A program made the translations under genes and the position numbers. A stretch of 64,000 bases of DNA from an uncultured Bacteroides sp. (GTDB lineage: Bacteria > Bacillota > Clostridia > Christensenellales > CAG-917): positions 59-64,058 of the forward strand of contig CAZCKS010000002.1 of assembly GCA_964499325.1 (NCBI GenBank). Direction: 5' to 3'. The notes beneath the pieces were generated by a model. That model was not told where the DNA came from. It was given only the letters and a program-made list of their open reading frames with translations, and did not search any database. Shown one piece after another: positions 63,301 to 64,000 of this stretch; position 1 is the first letter of the stretch; every line of letters begins with the position of its first letter.

Positions 63301-63445
63301 CCCCACAACACTGCGCAAAGCGTTTTCACACCGCAATAGCGTGTAGTGCTATAAATCTGTGCGCCCCACCATAATGTCAACAATGTCAACGCTTTACACC
63401 AAAAACAACGATTTTTGCTATATCTCAAGCATTTCAGACAAAAGA

Positions 63446-63475
63446 AAACCCTGCTCTGCAGGGTTTAGTTTTTAT
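63446..63475. terminator. bidirectional terminator between convergent genes
   Basis: AAACCCTGC-TCT-GCAGGGTTT forms a perfect 9-bp stem with T-rich sequence on both strands. Confidence 0.75.
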
Positions 63476-63511
63476 ATTTGGTAATTGTCAAGGCACCAGC
63501 GCTAATCAACG

Positions 63512-64000
63512 TCAGCCCACAAGCCTAATCCTCGACATCTGTGCACTCTCTTGTCGCACTTGCGCCACTTGATTCATAATTTTTCTCACAAGTCGGTCTC
63601 CGCCCTTAACGTTCTTTACAATGCACGGCTTTTCCGCATCAGTAATGATCTGAATGTCCCCGGCATTGATGAAACGTTGAAAAAACTTTTGATTTGTCTC
63701 GATGATTTTTATTTCATCAAGAGAAATTACCGTTGTTTTTACATCAAAAAGCCCTTGCCTGTAAACTATTTTGTCCTCTGTCAAAATAAACTCTCTTGCA
63801 TGAAAACTCAAGCATTGCAAAATAAAGAAAATCGCAACAAGGGCGCCTGCGCCAAGCAAAACCCAGCGCATAACGTCATCGGTGAGAATTTGAGCGGGAC
63901 CTTCTGTCTTTGTAAACCAACTCTCAATAACGTCTCTATACACCCACACAACGGCAATTATGCCTCCTAAAAAAACGGCGAGAATCACGCTTTTCAAAAA
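63512..64000 (-). CDS. bacterial PH-domain (bPH_2/YdbS-like) membrane protein, 5' end probably beyond the window
   Basis: Two TM helices are followed by DKIVYRQGLFDVKTTVISLDEIKIIETNQKFFQRFINAGDIQI. The apparent start at 63997 is TTG, and the frame is still open at the window edge. Confidence 0.65.
   Translation of the reverse strand, partial: FLKSVILAVFLGGIIAVVWVYRDVIESWFTKTEGPAQILTDDVMRWVLLGAGALVAIFFILQCLSFHAREFILTEDKIVYRQGLFDVKTTVISLDEIKIIETNQKFFQRFINAGDIQIITDAEKPCIVKNVKGGDRLVRKIMNQVAQVRQESAQMSRIRLVG

Noticed and set aside
1-64000. I searched for CRISPR arrays, tRNA/rRNA genes, transposases, integrases, prophage blocks and toxin-antitoxin pairs.
   Set aside because: None was recognisable. 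There are no short direct-repeat/spacer arrays and no cloverleaf-like sequences in the intergenic regions I read. No translated ORF has DDE, tyrosine-recombinase or serine-recombinase signatures.

Overview
This 64-kb window looks like an anaerobic, spore-forming Firmicutes/Clostridia-type chromosome. That call is inferred from gene content: spmA/spmB, two [FeFe]-hydrogenase homologues, adhE and Shine-Dalgarno-dependent starts. Almost all genes are on the minus strand. Contents from left to right are as follows. (1) An 8.1-kb translationally coupled aromatic amino-acid operon (pheA-aroB-aroC-aroE/K-aroQ-aroA-tyrA-DAHP synthase) lies at the left end. It is preceded by a 21-codon Tyr/Phe-rich leader ORF, absent from the ORF track, with mutually exclusive terminator and antiterminator pairings. 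(2) A DUF4236 membrane protein follows. (3) Next is a colinear cluster of adhE, an APH-fold kinase, two thioredoxin-like [2Fe-2S] proteins, the sensory hydrogenase HydS and a PP2C phosphatase, followed by a group-B-like [FeFe]-hydrogenase. (4) A P-type (Ca2+-type) ATPase sits behind a promoter-proximal structured leader that ends in an intrinsic terminator. (5) A carboxylesterase is bracketed by roughly 225-270-bp GC-rich imperfect inverted repeats, next to a DUF2804-like gene. (6) A housekeeping block contains trmO, an EamA transporter, rsmA, a TatD-associated radical SAM gene, tatD, metG and spmAB. (7) An SPFH/zinc-ribbon gene pair resembles B. subtilis ydjI/ydjG. (8) One uninterrupted 26,238-nt ORF (8,745 aa, 41% of the window) encodes an N-terminally lipidated giant protein. 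It is built from about 14 divergent modules plus a C-terminal Ig-like array and is driven by a perfect consensus promoter. (9) A DUF1624 acyltransferase-like gene and a 5'-truncated PH-domain membrane protein close the window. I recognised no rRNA, tRNA, CRISPR array, transposase or integrase. Several ORF-track starts are non-ATG artefacts and were trimmed to ATG plus SD. The main candidates for novelty are the giant modular lipoprotein, the aromatic leader-peptide attenuator, the inverted-repeat-bracketed esterase, and the link between adhE and the hydrogen-sensor cluster.
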